Shown: one piece after another, positions 39,743-52,301 of the stretch | Layout of the letters: every line of letters begins with the position of its first letter | Numbering within the stretch: position 1 is the first letter of the stretch | Assembly: GCA_028534125.1 (NCBI GenBank) | Contig: CM052817.1 | Coordinates: 11,410,001-11,474,000 of the forward strand | Length of the DNA: 64,000 nt | Origin: Lama glama | Lineage: Eukaryota | Reading direction: 5' to 3' | Program-made: the position numbers and the translations under genes | Notes under the pieces: model-generated | What the model was told of the DNA's origin: nothing | Databases searched by the model: none | Seen by the model: only the letters and a program-made list of their open reading frames with translations

Positions 39743-39784
39743 TCCAAAAGTCTATGTGGTAAAAATTAATACACTCTACTACTA
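39743..39784 (-). other. LCORL: Candidate 42-nt frame-preserving cassette exon of LCORL (intron 4)
   Basis: ttccattttttgttcttggccatttctgcag|TAGTAGTAGAGTG...GACTTTTGGA|gtaagt. Good acceptor and donor, phase 1-1, stop-free in the LCORL frame (VVVECINFYHIDFW). Confidence 0.4.
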
Positions 39785-40417
39785 CTGCAGAAATGGCCAA
39801 GAACAAAAAATGGAAGGTTCTATATGTCTGTATTTTTCTCAAGTAATTCAAGATATGAAAACTACTTCTGCCTAATAAATGTATATCAAGGAAACAAGTG
39901 AAACAAGCTTCATTTGGATTAAATAGTTTAGATAGACAGGAAGCAAAGAAGAACACTGACATTTTAATGTCAAGTAAGCATATTCAGGATATCAAAGAAA
40001 CACTGAAATCTCAAGTCAGCAAATATACTACCAACCTGGCTGGTGAATGATTTAACTGTTCCATTTCTAAAAATAGCTTTGCAATATATCACTTATTGAA
40101 CATGAATAATTTTCAAGTCTTGTGTAACAAAATAAGGAAGACTAGAAGCATTAAAAATTTTCATCTGCCTATAGTAGGTTAAGAAAATAAAGACAGGGAG
40201 AGATTTGAGAATAGAATAGTGAAAAGGAATGCCTAATGAAGACTAGGTCTACAGTGACTGCAAATCCTAATGTCTCTAAAAATACAAAGAAAAACTAGCG
40301 ATAAAGAAATAATCAACAATGGAGTAGAGACTGACATACTAAAAACGTGTGTGGGGAAAATTAAAACATTTTAGATCTCTATTGAAAATTTTACATGACA
40401 AAGTATATCAATATTAC

Positions 40418-40547
40418 CTTTCTTTCGAAAGAGTGCATTTAGGTAATTTTCTGCTTGGCATTCAATCTTTTCAGTGTTGGACTGGCCCTGAGATGATAGT
40501 TCCTCTGTTGGTGTTGACTGTGAAGAATCAAGAGATGGTATACAATC
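40418..40547 (-). CDS. LCORL: LCORL coding exon (exon 4), 130 nt, phase 0-1: [43 protein letters not shown]
   Basis: ttgctttctcctaattctag|GATTGTATACCATCT...CGAAAGAAAG|gtaata. 43 sense codons plus 1 nt, in frame with exon 3, matches recalled LCORL sequence. Confidence 0.96.
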
Positions 40548-41427
40548 CTAGAATTAGGAGAAAGCAACACACACACACACAAAAATCACTTTTTATTTAA
40601 ACACGGTACTCCATTTAAAATGTCAAAAAAAAAATTAATTCTCTAAATGCTCATTTGTTCTCCCTTTTAAATAAATTATATACAAATCACAAAATTTAGG
40701 AGCAGAGTCAGGAAAAAAGATATTTATCTTTTACAGAGGGCCAAATTAGCATTATTCTTAAGCAAAATTATTGTCAAAAAGGGGGGAGGGCAGATAAAAT
40801 ATATTGTTAAATAAATTCACTATATAGCATGCCAATAAGTTTTAAGAACAAAGCAGATATGTTTACACACTAATCTAACCAAAATGGGTACAAGTTCTCA
40901 AGTTCCCACTTCTTCTCAACAATACATAAAGAATTAGGACCTCCCACCATACAAGAAGATGCTGCTTGTCTAGTTTATGGCCTGTTTACTGTAGACACCA
41001 ATAACTAATCATGTCACAGGAGATAATTATTTGATATCCAAAAGACTTCATAAGAAAGTTAAAAGGCTAAAATGTAGTGCTACATTATCCTCCAACCACC
41101 AATTCCTAAGAAATCAGACTATAGGATGGCCTCAGACCAAACTGTCTTCCTAAATATAAAACAGATCTGCAACTTAACTTTGAGTCAGGGAGTTCTAAGA
41201 AAGAAATGTAAAATAAGCAAAAAAGATGAGTGTGTTGGGATTTTCATCCGTAGGTTAAACTAAATGTTAGACTTCTAACATAAGACTTTAAAATATTATT
41301 CTCATTACTAAAATCAAGTATTTAAATTTCACTGTAAGTCACATATTTTCAGAACAAATTAAGTTTAAAAAATTGTGTTACAATTGTACAATTAGTTTAG
41401 AAATAATTTCACAGCACTAAAACTTAC

Positions 41428-41507
41428 ACTGACTGCTTCTCTCTGTAGGTTACAAAATGAACATTTTTCATCCATAGACCAGTCAGTCAGCTCTTCTGGT
41501 TCACAGT
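41428..41507 (-). CDS. LCORL: LCORL coding exon (exon 3), 80 nt, phase 1-0: (D)[26 protein letters not shown]
   Basis: ccctcttttaaag|ACTGTGAACCAGAAG...GAAGCAGTCAGT|gtaagt. The peptide is visible inside track ORF 41392..41712 and matches LCORL. Confidence 0.97.
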
Positions 41508-42639
41508 CTTTAAAAGAGGGAAAAATATTGATTAAATACACTAACTTTATTAAAATAAATAAAATTACCTCTCTATAGCAATGGCTCATATAAAAAAAAC
41601 TAACTACTAACTGTAAGGAGAAAAGCCCTAACTTTAAAACTAAACTGGTGACATCTAGAAAGGAATATGAAGAGTAATTTTGCACTATTATCAGACAAAG
41701 CAGCAAGAACAATAAGCTGGTTATAAATTAATTTTCCAAAATTAGAATTTTAAGTATTTAGCCTTCTGAAAGATTCAATTTATCATTATCTATTAATTTT
41801 TACTCTCACTATGAAAGAAATCAGAAAAAACAAGACGATATGGGGGAAGAGGAATAAAATCTCCTTATCATGAAAGACAACATAAAACAGAGAAATGGAG
41901 TAAAGCACCAGAAAAGCCTTCAGAATTTGAGGAAATAGAATGCTGTCCCCCTAAAAAAGTAGAAATCCATTGCTAAAAAGTCAGATCAGATTTTTATTAC
42001 ATTGCTTAAACGCTTTGCTGTAAGAGTTAGAGCAAAAAGCAAGTAAACAAGTTATATTATTCAATATAAAATACGAATTTTTTTCGTAAGAATGTTCCTT
42101 ATATTTCAACTATTGTGATATACTAAGAGTTCATGGAAAATGTCTTCTAATGAAGAAATTTTTATTAATCTACAATAACATTATCATTCTAACCATACTT
42201 GGTAATAGATTGATCTTTCAAATTTGCTCCTTGCAACAGAAACTCCCTCCATTTCTTTTCCCAAATAAACTCATATACAGAACCTCAAATAAACCATTAT
42301 CACCTGAGGCAGCTAAACTGGACTAATTTGAAAAGCATTGGTGTGCCACAGTAATTTCTCTTGTACTTTTAAAATACACAATGAAACTGAATGCGTTTTC
42401 TGCTACACTATACAGGAAAAAACTCATCTTTCTGAAGTAATGAGTAAATACTAGTTAGGTTTAAACCCTGGGATACTCCTGAATTAATCCAGATATACAG
42501 GTCAAAAGAGAAGATAATATAATTTGTTGGAATATAGAGATTAGTGATTGCTTGCTCCCTTTGATTTTGGCAGTGGTCCAGAAATATTCCTAGTATTCAT
42601 TTAAACTTGGAAAGAGCACAGAATGGAAACATAAGATCC

Positions 42640-42840
42640 AGTATGGAATAATGAAAAGATGACTAGATTTGAAATCTCCAAAATGGAATGGAATTTACTA
42701 GTTGTAATCTTGCCAAGTCACAAAGTTTTTGTTCTAATTTCCACGTCTATAAAATTAGGATATCATCATGAAACTTACTTGTGGATCAAATTTTTAAAAT
42801 ATGAAAATATTTTATAAACTATAAAACATCATGCAAAGGC
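42640..42840 (+). mobile_element. MIR (diverged)
   Basis: ttactagttgtaatcttgccaagtcac...aatttccacgtctataaaattagg. Confidence 0.5.
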
Positions 42841-43094
42841 TAATTATTAACAAGGTAGTCACCAGTCTTTTTTTATATCCTATACTATCACACATGAATT
42901 TAATAAGGTTAATTTGTAGAAGGCATATAATTTTAATTGAAAATTAAGAAATCAGAAATTCCTGCTTAAGAAAACTGATCACTTTTTGTAAATAACTGGT
43001 CAACTCATAAGGTATTTATATAATCTGTGTAATTAAAAACCCAGAATTGTGCTATGCAGGCTTATAATTTTTTCCAACCTTTAACCCTCTTACT

Positions 43095-43445
43095 AGAACA
43101 GAATCATATTCACACTCTTGAATGTAGGATCATGCAGTGTCTCTTACTAGGGAGGCACAGCTCTCTGACCAATGAAATGAATACAGAAAAGTGACAGTAT
43201 ACCATTCTACGCTTAGGCTTTAAAAGGTCTGGCAAGTTCCCACAGTTCTCTAGAACTTCCACCACCCAACATCAGAAGAATCTGCCCCATAAAGCCATTA
43301 TTACTTCAGACAGGGACCTGAAGTCATGAGGAAATGCAATCTTCACCCACAGCCTGGAGTCCAGTGAATTAGATTGCCCATAAGCATGAAATAGATTTTG
43401 GAGCTGTTTGTTATGCAGAATTACTGTAGAAAAACTTGACTTGAA
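43095..43445 (+). mobile_element. MaLR MLT1-type LTR fragment
   Basis: tctgaccaatgaaatgaatacagaaaagtgac...aggctttaaaagg...gattttggagctgtttgttatgcag. Confidence 0.6.
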
Positions 43446-44289
43446 AAGCAAGCATAACATAATTTTGATAGATCAAGGAAACCTTACTGCTTTTTAAATT
43501 ATGGCCTCATGAACAGAGAATATGAAAGAAATGCAGTATTGGGATTTTTGAAAAAACAGTAGGTCTGGAAAAGGAGTACTTTTGAAAAATCACTGAAAGG
43601 TTTCTTAAAGTTTCAGTGATAAATATGCTGACTTAAGGGACAACTTTGGATTAATTAAAACAATTGCCAGTTGCAAAATAAAATTGGGCATGCTGAGATT
43701 ATTTATTTTAGTTATTTTAGGTGGAGTTATTCAAGGAAATGTTAATTAAAATGAATGCCAATATGGTTAAGTAAATGGCACTGAATAATCAATGATTACA
43801 TAAATGCTGTTAAATTTTACTGGGTTCAAAAATCTATGACTTTACTTACAAACATTTAATAATTACTCTCTATATAGCAACTTTTAATTTTCAGTCCAAA
43901 TAAATGATAGTGGCATACATACTTCCTAATGTAAGGAAAAGCTATTTTGAAAAATCAACTCTAGGCCAGATGTCTTCCCTCTGTCCAGGCTGTCCTTCCA
44001 GGTCATAAAAATTAAATAAACACTACAATAAAACATTCATTTTACCTCTCAAACAAAATCTCACAATCAATCAGATATTTATATCTAAAATAAGTTGTCT
44101 CTCATTTTGAGATTTTAATACATGAAGGTATAAGCTCAAAAAGGGTCAAATTATGTACCTTATACAATTAGCCTTATTAATAAAAGGTGATGTATATATA
44201 AAAACTGATGGTAAAGAAATGACAAAAGTTCAACCTTTCTACCATGTATATTACTCTTGTGGTCAAAGGCTCCAATCATTTATCTAATC

Positions 44290-44480
44290 TATATGGGAAA
44301 GAAAACAGACTCTGAAATTAGACAACCTTGTACTGAAACATGGTCTTTCCACATACTAGAAGTGGCCTTGGGCACGTTACTTTCTCTGAGCTTCAATTTC
44401 CTCATCTGTAAAATGATAATAATTGCATCTTAAGGCTGTAGTAAAAATAAAATAAAAACATATGCAAAACACGTAAGTCC
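44290..44480 (+). mobile_element. MIR
   Basis: gtggccttgggcacgttactttctctgagcttcaatttcctcatctgtaaaatg. Confidence 0.8.
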
Positions 44481-44863
44481 AACAGATGTTACTTTCATTT
44501 TCTTTTAACTAATCACACTTCTTTTCAATGTTTTTATTCTCCTCAATACCCTCTAACATCAAAAGATAAACTTGGAGTTCATTAACAAAGCTCAATAAAA
44601 AGTGAAAAAGTAGAATACTGAAATTAGGTTTTTCATTAAGGTCATGCAAAAATAGTTATAACTATGTTGATTTTGAGGAAAGATACTGAACAGTGGGTAA
44701 CATAATTAAAAAATAATTTTTCATTATGAAACTATATTAAATATATTGAAAGCACAAAGGAGAAAAGAAACACTACTCATAATCCCATCATTCAGAGATG
44801 ATTAACATTTTGCAATATACTCTTCCAGTTTACATTCTATGCCTCTTAAAAAAATTAGAGTCC

Positions 44864-45686
44864 GCTGATTTTTTGAAAAGATTAATGAAATGATAAACCT
44901 CTAGCTAAGTTAACCAAGGAAAAGAAGAAAGAAAATATCAAAAATGAAAGATGAGCCATCATTACTGATCCTAAGAACTAAAGGAATAACAAAAGAATAT
45001 TATGGACAATATTAGTTTCCCACAAACTTGGATTAAAAGATATAAATCTACCATATCTCACACAAGAAAAAATACATAATCTCAATAGGCATTTATCAAT
45101 TAAAGAAATTAAATCAATAATTAGTAATGTTCCAAAACAGAAAGCATCAGCCCAAATGGTTTCTCTAATAATTTGTTTCAGAAAAAGGAAGCAGAGGAAA
45201 TATTTCCTAACTCATTCTATAACTCCAAAACCTGCTTGAACAGACACCTCACCTGAGAAGATATGCATATAGCAAATAAGCAAATGAAAAGGTGCTCAAT
45301 ATCATATGCCATCAGAGAAATGCAAAGTACAGTGAGATATCACTATACACCTATTAGAATGTAAAGTCCAAAAAGTTGACAACATGAAATGCTGGTGAGG
45401 ATGTAAAGCAAAAGGACCTTGTTACTGCTGGTGGGAACGCAAAATATTACAGCCACTCATGAGGATAGTCTGACAGTTTCTTACAAAGCTAAACACAGTC
45501 TTTCCCTTTCAAATGATCTAGCAATGGTACTTCTAGGTATTTACCCAAATATGCTGAAAGTTATGCCCACACAAAAACCTGCACACAAATGTTTATAGCA
45601 ACTTTATTCATAATTGCCAAACCTAGGAAGTGACCAAGAGGTCTTTCAGATAAATGACTGGATAAGCAAACTGTGGCACATCTATA
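44864..45686 (+). mobile_element. Internally deleted L1MC-like ORF2 fragment ending at the Tigger1 insertion
   Basis: gctgattttttgaaaagattaatgaaatgataaacctctagc..., cactatacacctattagaatg. Confidence 0.8.
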
Positions 45687-48229
45687 CAAGGCAGTCTTAT
45701 TGTTTTATTGCACTTTGCTTTATTGCATTTCGCAGATACTGAATTTTTTACAAATTGAAGGTTTGTGGCAACACTGTGTTGAGCAAGTATATCTGCCATT
45801 TTTCCAACAGCATTTATTCACTTTGTATCTCTGTGTCAATTTTAGTAATTCTCACAACACTTCAAACTTTTTCATTATTATTATATTTGCTATCGTGATC
45901 TGTGATCAGTGATCTTTGGCATTACTATTACAATTGTTTTGGGGTGCTAAGAACTGTGCCAATATAAGATGGCAAACTTAATAAATGTTGTGTGTGTGTT
46001 CTGACTGCTCCACCAACTGACCTGTCCCCAGCTCTCTCTCCCTCTTGTTGGGCCTCTCTATTCTCTGAGATACAATAATACTGAAATTAGGCCAATAAAT
46101 AACCCCACAATGGCCTCTAAGAGTTCAAGTGAAAGGAGTAGCAGCAAGCCTCTCACTTTAAATCAAAAGCTAGAAATGATTAAGCTTAGTGAGGAAAGCA
46201 TACCCAAAGCTGAGACAGACTGAAAGCTAGGCCACTTATGCTAAACAGCCAGGTTGTGAAAGCAAAGGAAAAGTTCTTGAAGGAAATGAAAATTGCTATG
46301 CCAGTGAACACAAAATAAGAAAGCAGAACAGTCTTACCGCTGATGTAAATGTTTCAGTGGTCTGGATGGCCACCCACAACAGTCCCTTAAACCAAAACCT
46401 AATTCAGAGCAAGGCCCTAATTCTCTTCAATTCTATGAAAGCTGAGAAAGGTGAGGAAGCTGCAGAAGAAAAGGTTAAACCTAGCAGACATTTAAAGAAG
46501 GAAGTCACCTCCATAACATAACATGTAAGTGTAAGGTGAAGCAACAGTGCCTATTGAGGAGCTGCAGCCAAGTTATCCAGAAGATTCACCTAAGATAATT
46601 AATGAAAGTGGCCACAGTAAACAACAGATTTTAAATGTAAACAAAACAGCCGCATACTGGAAGAAGCAGCCCGCATAGGGCTTTCATAGCTAAGGAGGAA
46701 AAAGTCAATGTCTGGCTTCAAAGCTTCAAAAGACTGACTATCTTGTTAGACGTTAATGCAGCTGATAATTTGGGGTTGAAGCCAATGCTCATTTACTATT
46801 CCAAAAATTCTAGGGACCCTAAGGATGATGCTAAATCCACACTATCTCTGCTCTATAAATGGGATAACAAAGCATGGATGACAACACATCTGTTGACAAT
46901 ATGATTTGCGGAACGTTTTAAGCCCACTGTTGAGACATACTGGTCAAAAAAAAAAAATCCTGTCAAAATGTGATTGCTAATTGACAATGTACCTGTTCAT
47001 CCAACAGCTCTGCTGGAGATGTACAACAAGATTCATGTTGTTTTCATGTCTGCTAACACACCATCCATTCTGCAGTCCATCGGTTTAGGAGTAATTTCTA
47101 CTTTCAAGTCTTATTTAAGAAATACATTTCATAAGGTTGTAGTTGCCATAGAAAGTGATTCCTCTGATGGATCTGGGCAAAGTAAATTGAAAACTTTCTG
47201 GAATGGAGTCACCATTCTAGATACTATGAAGAACATGTGTGATTCATGGGAAGAGGTCAGAACATCTACATTAAAAGGAATTTTGTAGGGAGGGTATAGC
47301 TCAGTGGGAGAGCATGTGCTTAGCATGCAAGAGGTCTTGGGTTCAATCCCCAGCACCTCCATGAAGAAATAAATAAATCGAATTACCTCCCGGCTCCAAA
47401 AAAAAGTAGAAATAAAGTAAATCAAAAAGAAAAAAAAAAGGAATTTTGAAGCAGCTGATTCCAACCCTCACAGATGACTTTCAGTGGAAGAAGTAACTGC
47501 AGATGTGGTGGAAATAGCAAAAGAAATGGAATTAGAGGCAGTACTTGAAAATGTGACTGAACTGTCACAAACTCATGATAAAACCTTAAAGGATGAGGAA
47601 TCGCTTCTTATGGATGAGCAAAGAAACTGGTTTCTTGAGATGGAATCTACTCCTGGGGAAGATACTGTGAAGACCGTTGAAATGACAACAAGGAATTTAG
47701 AGTTTCACACAAACTCAGTTAATAAAGCAACGGCAGGTTTTGAGAGGACTGACTCCAATTTTCAAAGAGTTTCTACTGTGGGTAATATGCTAATAAATAG
47801 CACTGAATGCTACAGAGAATCTGAAAGAGTCAGTTGATGTGGCAAACATCATTCTCATCTTATTTTAAGAAATTACCATAGCCACTACAACCTTCGGCAA
47901 CTACCACTCTGATCAGTAAGCAGCCATAAATATTCTGAATGCTTATTTTGTATTAGGATGATCAAGGCAAGACCCTCTACCAGTAAAATGATTATGACTT
48001 GCTGAAGGCTCAAGTGATGGCTAACACGTTTTAGCAATAAAATATTTTAAATTAGGGTATGTACATTGCTTTTTCAGACATAAGGCTATTATTACCACTT
48101 AAGAGACTACGCTACAGCGTAAGCATAACTTTTATATGCACTGGGAAACCAAAATATTCACTTTATCATATTATTCTCTTTATCGAAGTAGTCTGGAACT
48201 AAACCCACAATACCTCTGAGGTATGCCTG
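45687..48229 (+). mobile_element. Near full-length Tigger1 with a decayed transposase
   Basis: TA-flanked (45685-86, 48230-31), right end gaggtatgcctg. ATG at 46110 gives MASKSSSERSSSKPLTLNQKLEMIKLSEE then a stop. DDE-region peptides in ORFs 46974..47288 and 47484..47837. Confidence 0.95.
47289..47435 (+). mobile_element. Camelid Vic-1-type SINE inserted in Tigger1
   Basis: ggagggtatagctcagtgg...ggttcaatccccagcacctcca with A and B boxes and an A tail. TSD AAAAGGAATTTTG at 47273-47285 and 47436-47448 at a TT/AAAA site. Confidence 0.93.
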
Positions 48230-48459
48230 TACACTTGAAAGTCCTTGTGTACGCACTGTGAAGAGTTAATATAACTACTTACAAAACAGTATTAGATTCT
48301 CTAGTTTTAATACAAATAATCATCAATTCATATGAGAAAAATACTCAGTTTTGAGTTAATACTAAGCCATGAGTCCCTAGTAGGCATAAAGTAAAAGATC
48401 AGAATTAAAAAAATAAATGGAATGAGGTATAAGCAATAGGGTATTAAATTAATTACTTA

Positions 48460-48810
48460 AATAATTATAATAGTTCTACAATGAAATACTGTGCAGCTAT
48501 TAAGAATGATGATCCAGAAATTTATATACTCAAATGATGTACTAGTGAAAAAAACAGTAAACCCAAATGGTAACACTAGTGAATAAAAATAGTGGGCACA
48601 AAAAACTATAAATACTGTATATACAACTTCAATAAAAGTATAAATGCATCCGAACACATATTTTAAATTTATATAAAAATGTTAAAGGTCATCTGTAGAT
48701 CATGGGACTAGGGGTAATATTTTTCTTTCTGACTTATTTGTATTTTCTAATTTCCAAAAATGAACATACATTACTTAAATACTAAGAAAAAACTAGTCTA
48801 AAAATAAAAT
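48460..48810 (+). mobile_element. L1ME-like 3' end
   Basis: tacaatgaaatactgtgcagctattaagaatga...ttgtattttctaatttccaaaaatgaacatacattac. Confidence 0.55.
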
Positions 48811-50213
48811 ATAAAAAATTTATTTCCTTAGGACATTCTGCCCTTTATGTAATAAACAACTAATTTCTGAAGAAACATAAATATATACATACTACATAAA
48901 TAAATAAATGAAAGTGGGGGAAACAAGAGGCTTGCAACTTGTGTTATAAAAGGCCGTTAAGCATAATGCTGCCTTCTGATACGAATGAAGAGAGCAGGTT
49001 AAAAAGGGAAGGTTGAAGAAATATCAAGCATAGGTTAAATTGTTTCATTAGATTTTTCTTTTCTTCATTTACATGCTCAGAAAAACAGGTGAAACTATAA
49101 TTAGTATTGGTTATAAATATGTCAGGTAAAATATTTAATTTAGTGTTAAACTATGATAAAATAAGAAATGAGTAAAGTTAAGAGATATAAGAAAAAGATC
49201 TCAGCCATAAGAATGATAAAACACTGAAAAGGCACATTTTGGGGTCTCCATTCTAAAAGTCATATTCTGCAGGGATATTATTCATCTGACAGAAGATGGC
49301 TGGTTGGGACAAATGATCTCTCCATAAATGTTTTCAGCTATATGATTCATAACTCAGTTACCCTGTTCAACATTAATAAAGAATGAGTAGAAAACTTCAA
49401 ATACTCCCACTATCACTATCACTCACTCAACTCAAAAGACTTATTTATACAAGAGGGATGGACTTTTAGAGATATGTTGGGTCTTTGAAGGATGGAAAGT
49501 ACCAGAGTTTACAGAAGATAAGAGTTAGTATATAAAATTGACCAGGCATGAGACTAAGAAATAATTCTATCAAAATCAAAGTAGAAAAAATACATATACT
49601 AGCACTGCCCATTTTGTGAATGAACTGTACTATAAAATTTCAAATGTCTACCAAAATGTTCTTAGTGCTCTACATTTCCAAGCAAACAATTAAAAAACTA
49701 AACTATAGCACAGCAATTATAGCATAGATCAAAATCTCCCTCCAGGATTTATGTTAGAATGTTTGGAAGAGGAGGCTATAGTGAATAACAAATAGGGTTA
49801 TATATAAATATAAAATTCTGAACACACATGGCAGGATTTCTCAGAGTGACAATCTGAGGTCTAGGCCACCCAAATCATAAGCAACAGGAGATATATATTT
49901 ACTCGAACCCCTTTAAGTCCTCTTTAAAAAAAAGTTAGGCACATAATATGTAAAATAACAAAAATTAAATTTTACCACCAAGCCAAAAACAAGCTTCATT
50001 TTTTATTCTGATCAGTGTACTAAAAGTTTTTAAAAGATTATATAACATTATGTAATAATAGAAATAATATTTGCATCATTTTATTTAAAAAATATTTTCT
50101 AATTAAATGAGATCACAAATTCATTTTAATATAAAGTTAGTATAAAACAACTAGTTTTTTCATTTGTAAAATGGACAGGTTAAAATTTTTTAATAAAATT
50201 TTTAAAAAATTAC

Positions 50214-50279
50214 CTTCAAATAAACTGAGGTCTCTTCGTAGCCGTGGTCCATAAAGCCCTTCTAAAATACTCTCAAAAC
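50214..50279 (-). CDS. LCORL: LCORL coding exon (exon 2), 66 nt, phase 1-1: (G)[21 protein letters not shown]
   Basis: Minus strand reads tttctctctttactaacacag|GTTTTGAGAGTATTTTAGAAGGG...TTATTTGAAG|gtaatt: ctaac branch point, pyrimidine tract, AG/GT. Translation matches the recalled LCORL N-terminus and joins in frame to the next exon. Confidence 0.96.
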
Positions 50280-50939
50280 CTGTGTTAGTAAAGAGAGAAA
50301 AGTGTATTAACTACTAAAAAAGCTTAATTTTATAATAATCAAAAAACCATAAACTCTACACAAATCAGAAAATTATAAATTTAACATATTATGAGGTGTC
50401 ATTTTTCCTTTAGTTGAATGAAGCTGAACTAGGCAATGTATACAACATAGTAAGAAATCACACAATGACTACCAGGAATTATGATATTGTAAAAAAGGTA
50501 AATACTCAAATGTGAATATTCACTACTAAAACAAATAAACATTTTTATCATTTAGAAACATCTCCAGATTAAAATAATTGGCAGATTTGTTTTGCAATGA
50601 TTTTGTAAAGAGGAGAAGAATAATTAGAAGAGACATGTATTATAATTGTTTATACTGGTTACAAAAAATGTTAAAGTAGCATCTTTAACCTCGGTTACAA
50701 AAATGAGTAAATGAGTGTCAATGGAGAGAAATTCTTGCTGTGAAAAATATGTTTAAATTTAAACTTTCTTGTAAAAATTAAAACAACAATTTCGCCTTGT
50801 TTTAAGGAAAAACATTACTGAAAATCTTATTAACAAAGCTCTAGTTCATGAATTACAGAAATGCTTACAGAAGCATTTTACTTTCTGGCTAATTTTACAA
50901 TTTGCTTTTTGAAGTCTGTATCATATTCAATTTTAAGCA

Positions 50940-51520
50940 GGTTATTGATAAACTACAAGGCATCCAACGAAAAATGACCAGGATGACAAAATAACTGGGA
51001 TACCAAGAAAAGGAACAAATTTAAGGATGCTTAAATTATAGAGGAAAAAGAACTAAAGAAAGCATGATAGATCTGAAAAAATGAAAAATAAAGTAGATTA
51101 GTATTCTTAAACTGTAAAACAGTAGAAATACTTCTGTAGAAATGTTCCATAAATTATAAAATGCTTTTTTAAATGTTTTAAAATCTCTATAATCAAAATG
51201 AATATTAAAATCGATGGTGTGTCAAAAAGTGGCAATATTTTTTCATTTACTATAAGATGAAGAAATAATGCATCTTATAACAAATGATGTCTTAAATTTG
51301 ACAAAGTAAGGCGCTATCACAGTACATGGTAAATATGTACTTAATAAAATCTTGGTAAAATAATTCAAGACGATTTCCCATGAGTAGAAAATTCAAGCAG
51401 AAAAATGAATGAACTTCCACCAGAGAATACTTTTTAGAATGCTACAGAAGACTTTCACATTGGATAAAAATTCAGACTGAATGAGCCCCAAATCTCTACT
51501 AGTAAGATACTCAATTCTGC
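50940..51520 (+). mobile_element. CR1/L3 3' remnant interrupted by a MER104-like element
   Basis: gataaactacaaggcatccaacgaaaatgaccaggatg resembles the CR1 'KLERVQRRATRM' region. An L3-like 3' end lies near 51380-51520. Confidence 0.45.
51140..51311. mobile_element. MER104-like TcMar-Tc2 MITE
   Basis: aatcgatggtgtgtca...ggcaatattttttc...aataatgcatcttataac...atgtcttaaatttgacaaagtaagg. Confidence 0.55.
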
Positions 51521-52261
51521 TATGATCAATTTACTTCAAAAATAATATTGCAAACCACTATTTTAGGATGTTATTCTCTGGTATTTTAGACAAAATGTAT
51601 AGCCTCTCCCTACATAAGTATACTGAATTTAAACAATGTACATTTCCTAGACTTAAGCTTGAAAGAAAGAGCCTTAAAGCCTTAAGAAGAAAGCAAGTAA
51701 GGACTTACATTTTTATTCTATTGGGTTTCTCAACTCTTCAGTAGGTAAGATCACAGTATATATATATATAGATATAGATAGCCTGTAAAGATTTATTCAT
51801 ACTGCATAGTGTTGGTGCTATTATAAATATCTTTAAAGTTCTATTTCTTGTAGGCTTGTAGAAGCACAATTAATGTTTGTAAACTGACTTTGTATCTAAA
51901 CATTCTGAACTCTGTAACTATAACAATTTATCTGAAAATGCTCTACATACACAAATATATCATCTATACATAATCGTAGTTTTGTTTTTTCCTTTCCAAT
52001 CCTTATTGCTTTCTTTTTCCTGTTCTTGCCGTATTGCTTTAGCTAGGACCTCCATTATAATGTTGAAAATTAGTGGTGATAGTGAGCATCCTTGACTTAT
52101 ACCCAATGTAAATGGGAAAGCATTCCAATTTTCATCATTAAATATGTTTTCTGTATTCTTTAAGATAAATACTACTTATCACATTAAGAAGTTCCTTCTA
52201 TGTCTAGCTTGCTGAAAGTTGGGGGGCTGGGGGCCCTGCCATGAAAAGACCTTGAATTTTT

Positions 52262-52265
52262 ACCA

Positions 52266-52301
<36 letters not shown>

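Noticed and set aside
1..40417. LCORL exon 5 ([20 protein letters not shown]...)
   Set aside because: Not found by eye on the minus strand. It presumably lies beyond the left edge of the window.
40349..40600. 83-aa plus-strand ORF
   Set aside because: It is the antisense shadow of LCORL exon 4, with no independent support.
41392..41712. 106-aa ORF as a standalone gene
   Set aside because: Only the 80-nt exon matches LCORL and is bounded by splice sites. The flanks are intron read-through.
47289..47361. tRNA-Ala-like sequence (A box, cttAGCatg loop, B box, ending cca)
   Set aside because: It continues into a SINE body and A tail with TSDs, and two more diverged copies occur at 25.1 and 61.8 kb, so it is a SINE head and not a tRNA gene.
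46110..47837. Possible TIGD1-like domesticated transposase gene
   Set aside because: Early in-frame stop, frameshifts and a SINE insertion. It sits within intact Tigger1 ends, so it is a fossil element.
52266..52301. Short tandem repeat as a possible CRISPR-like or regulatory array
   Set aside because: Simple (AATC)n microsatellite at an L1 tail with no spacers, in a eukaryotic context.
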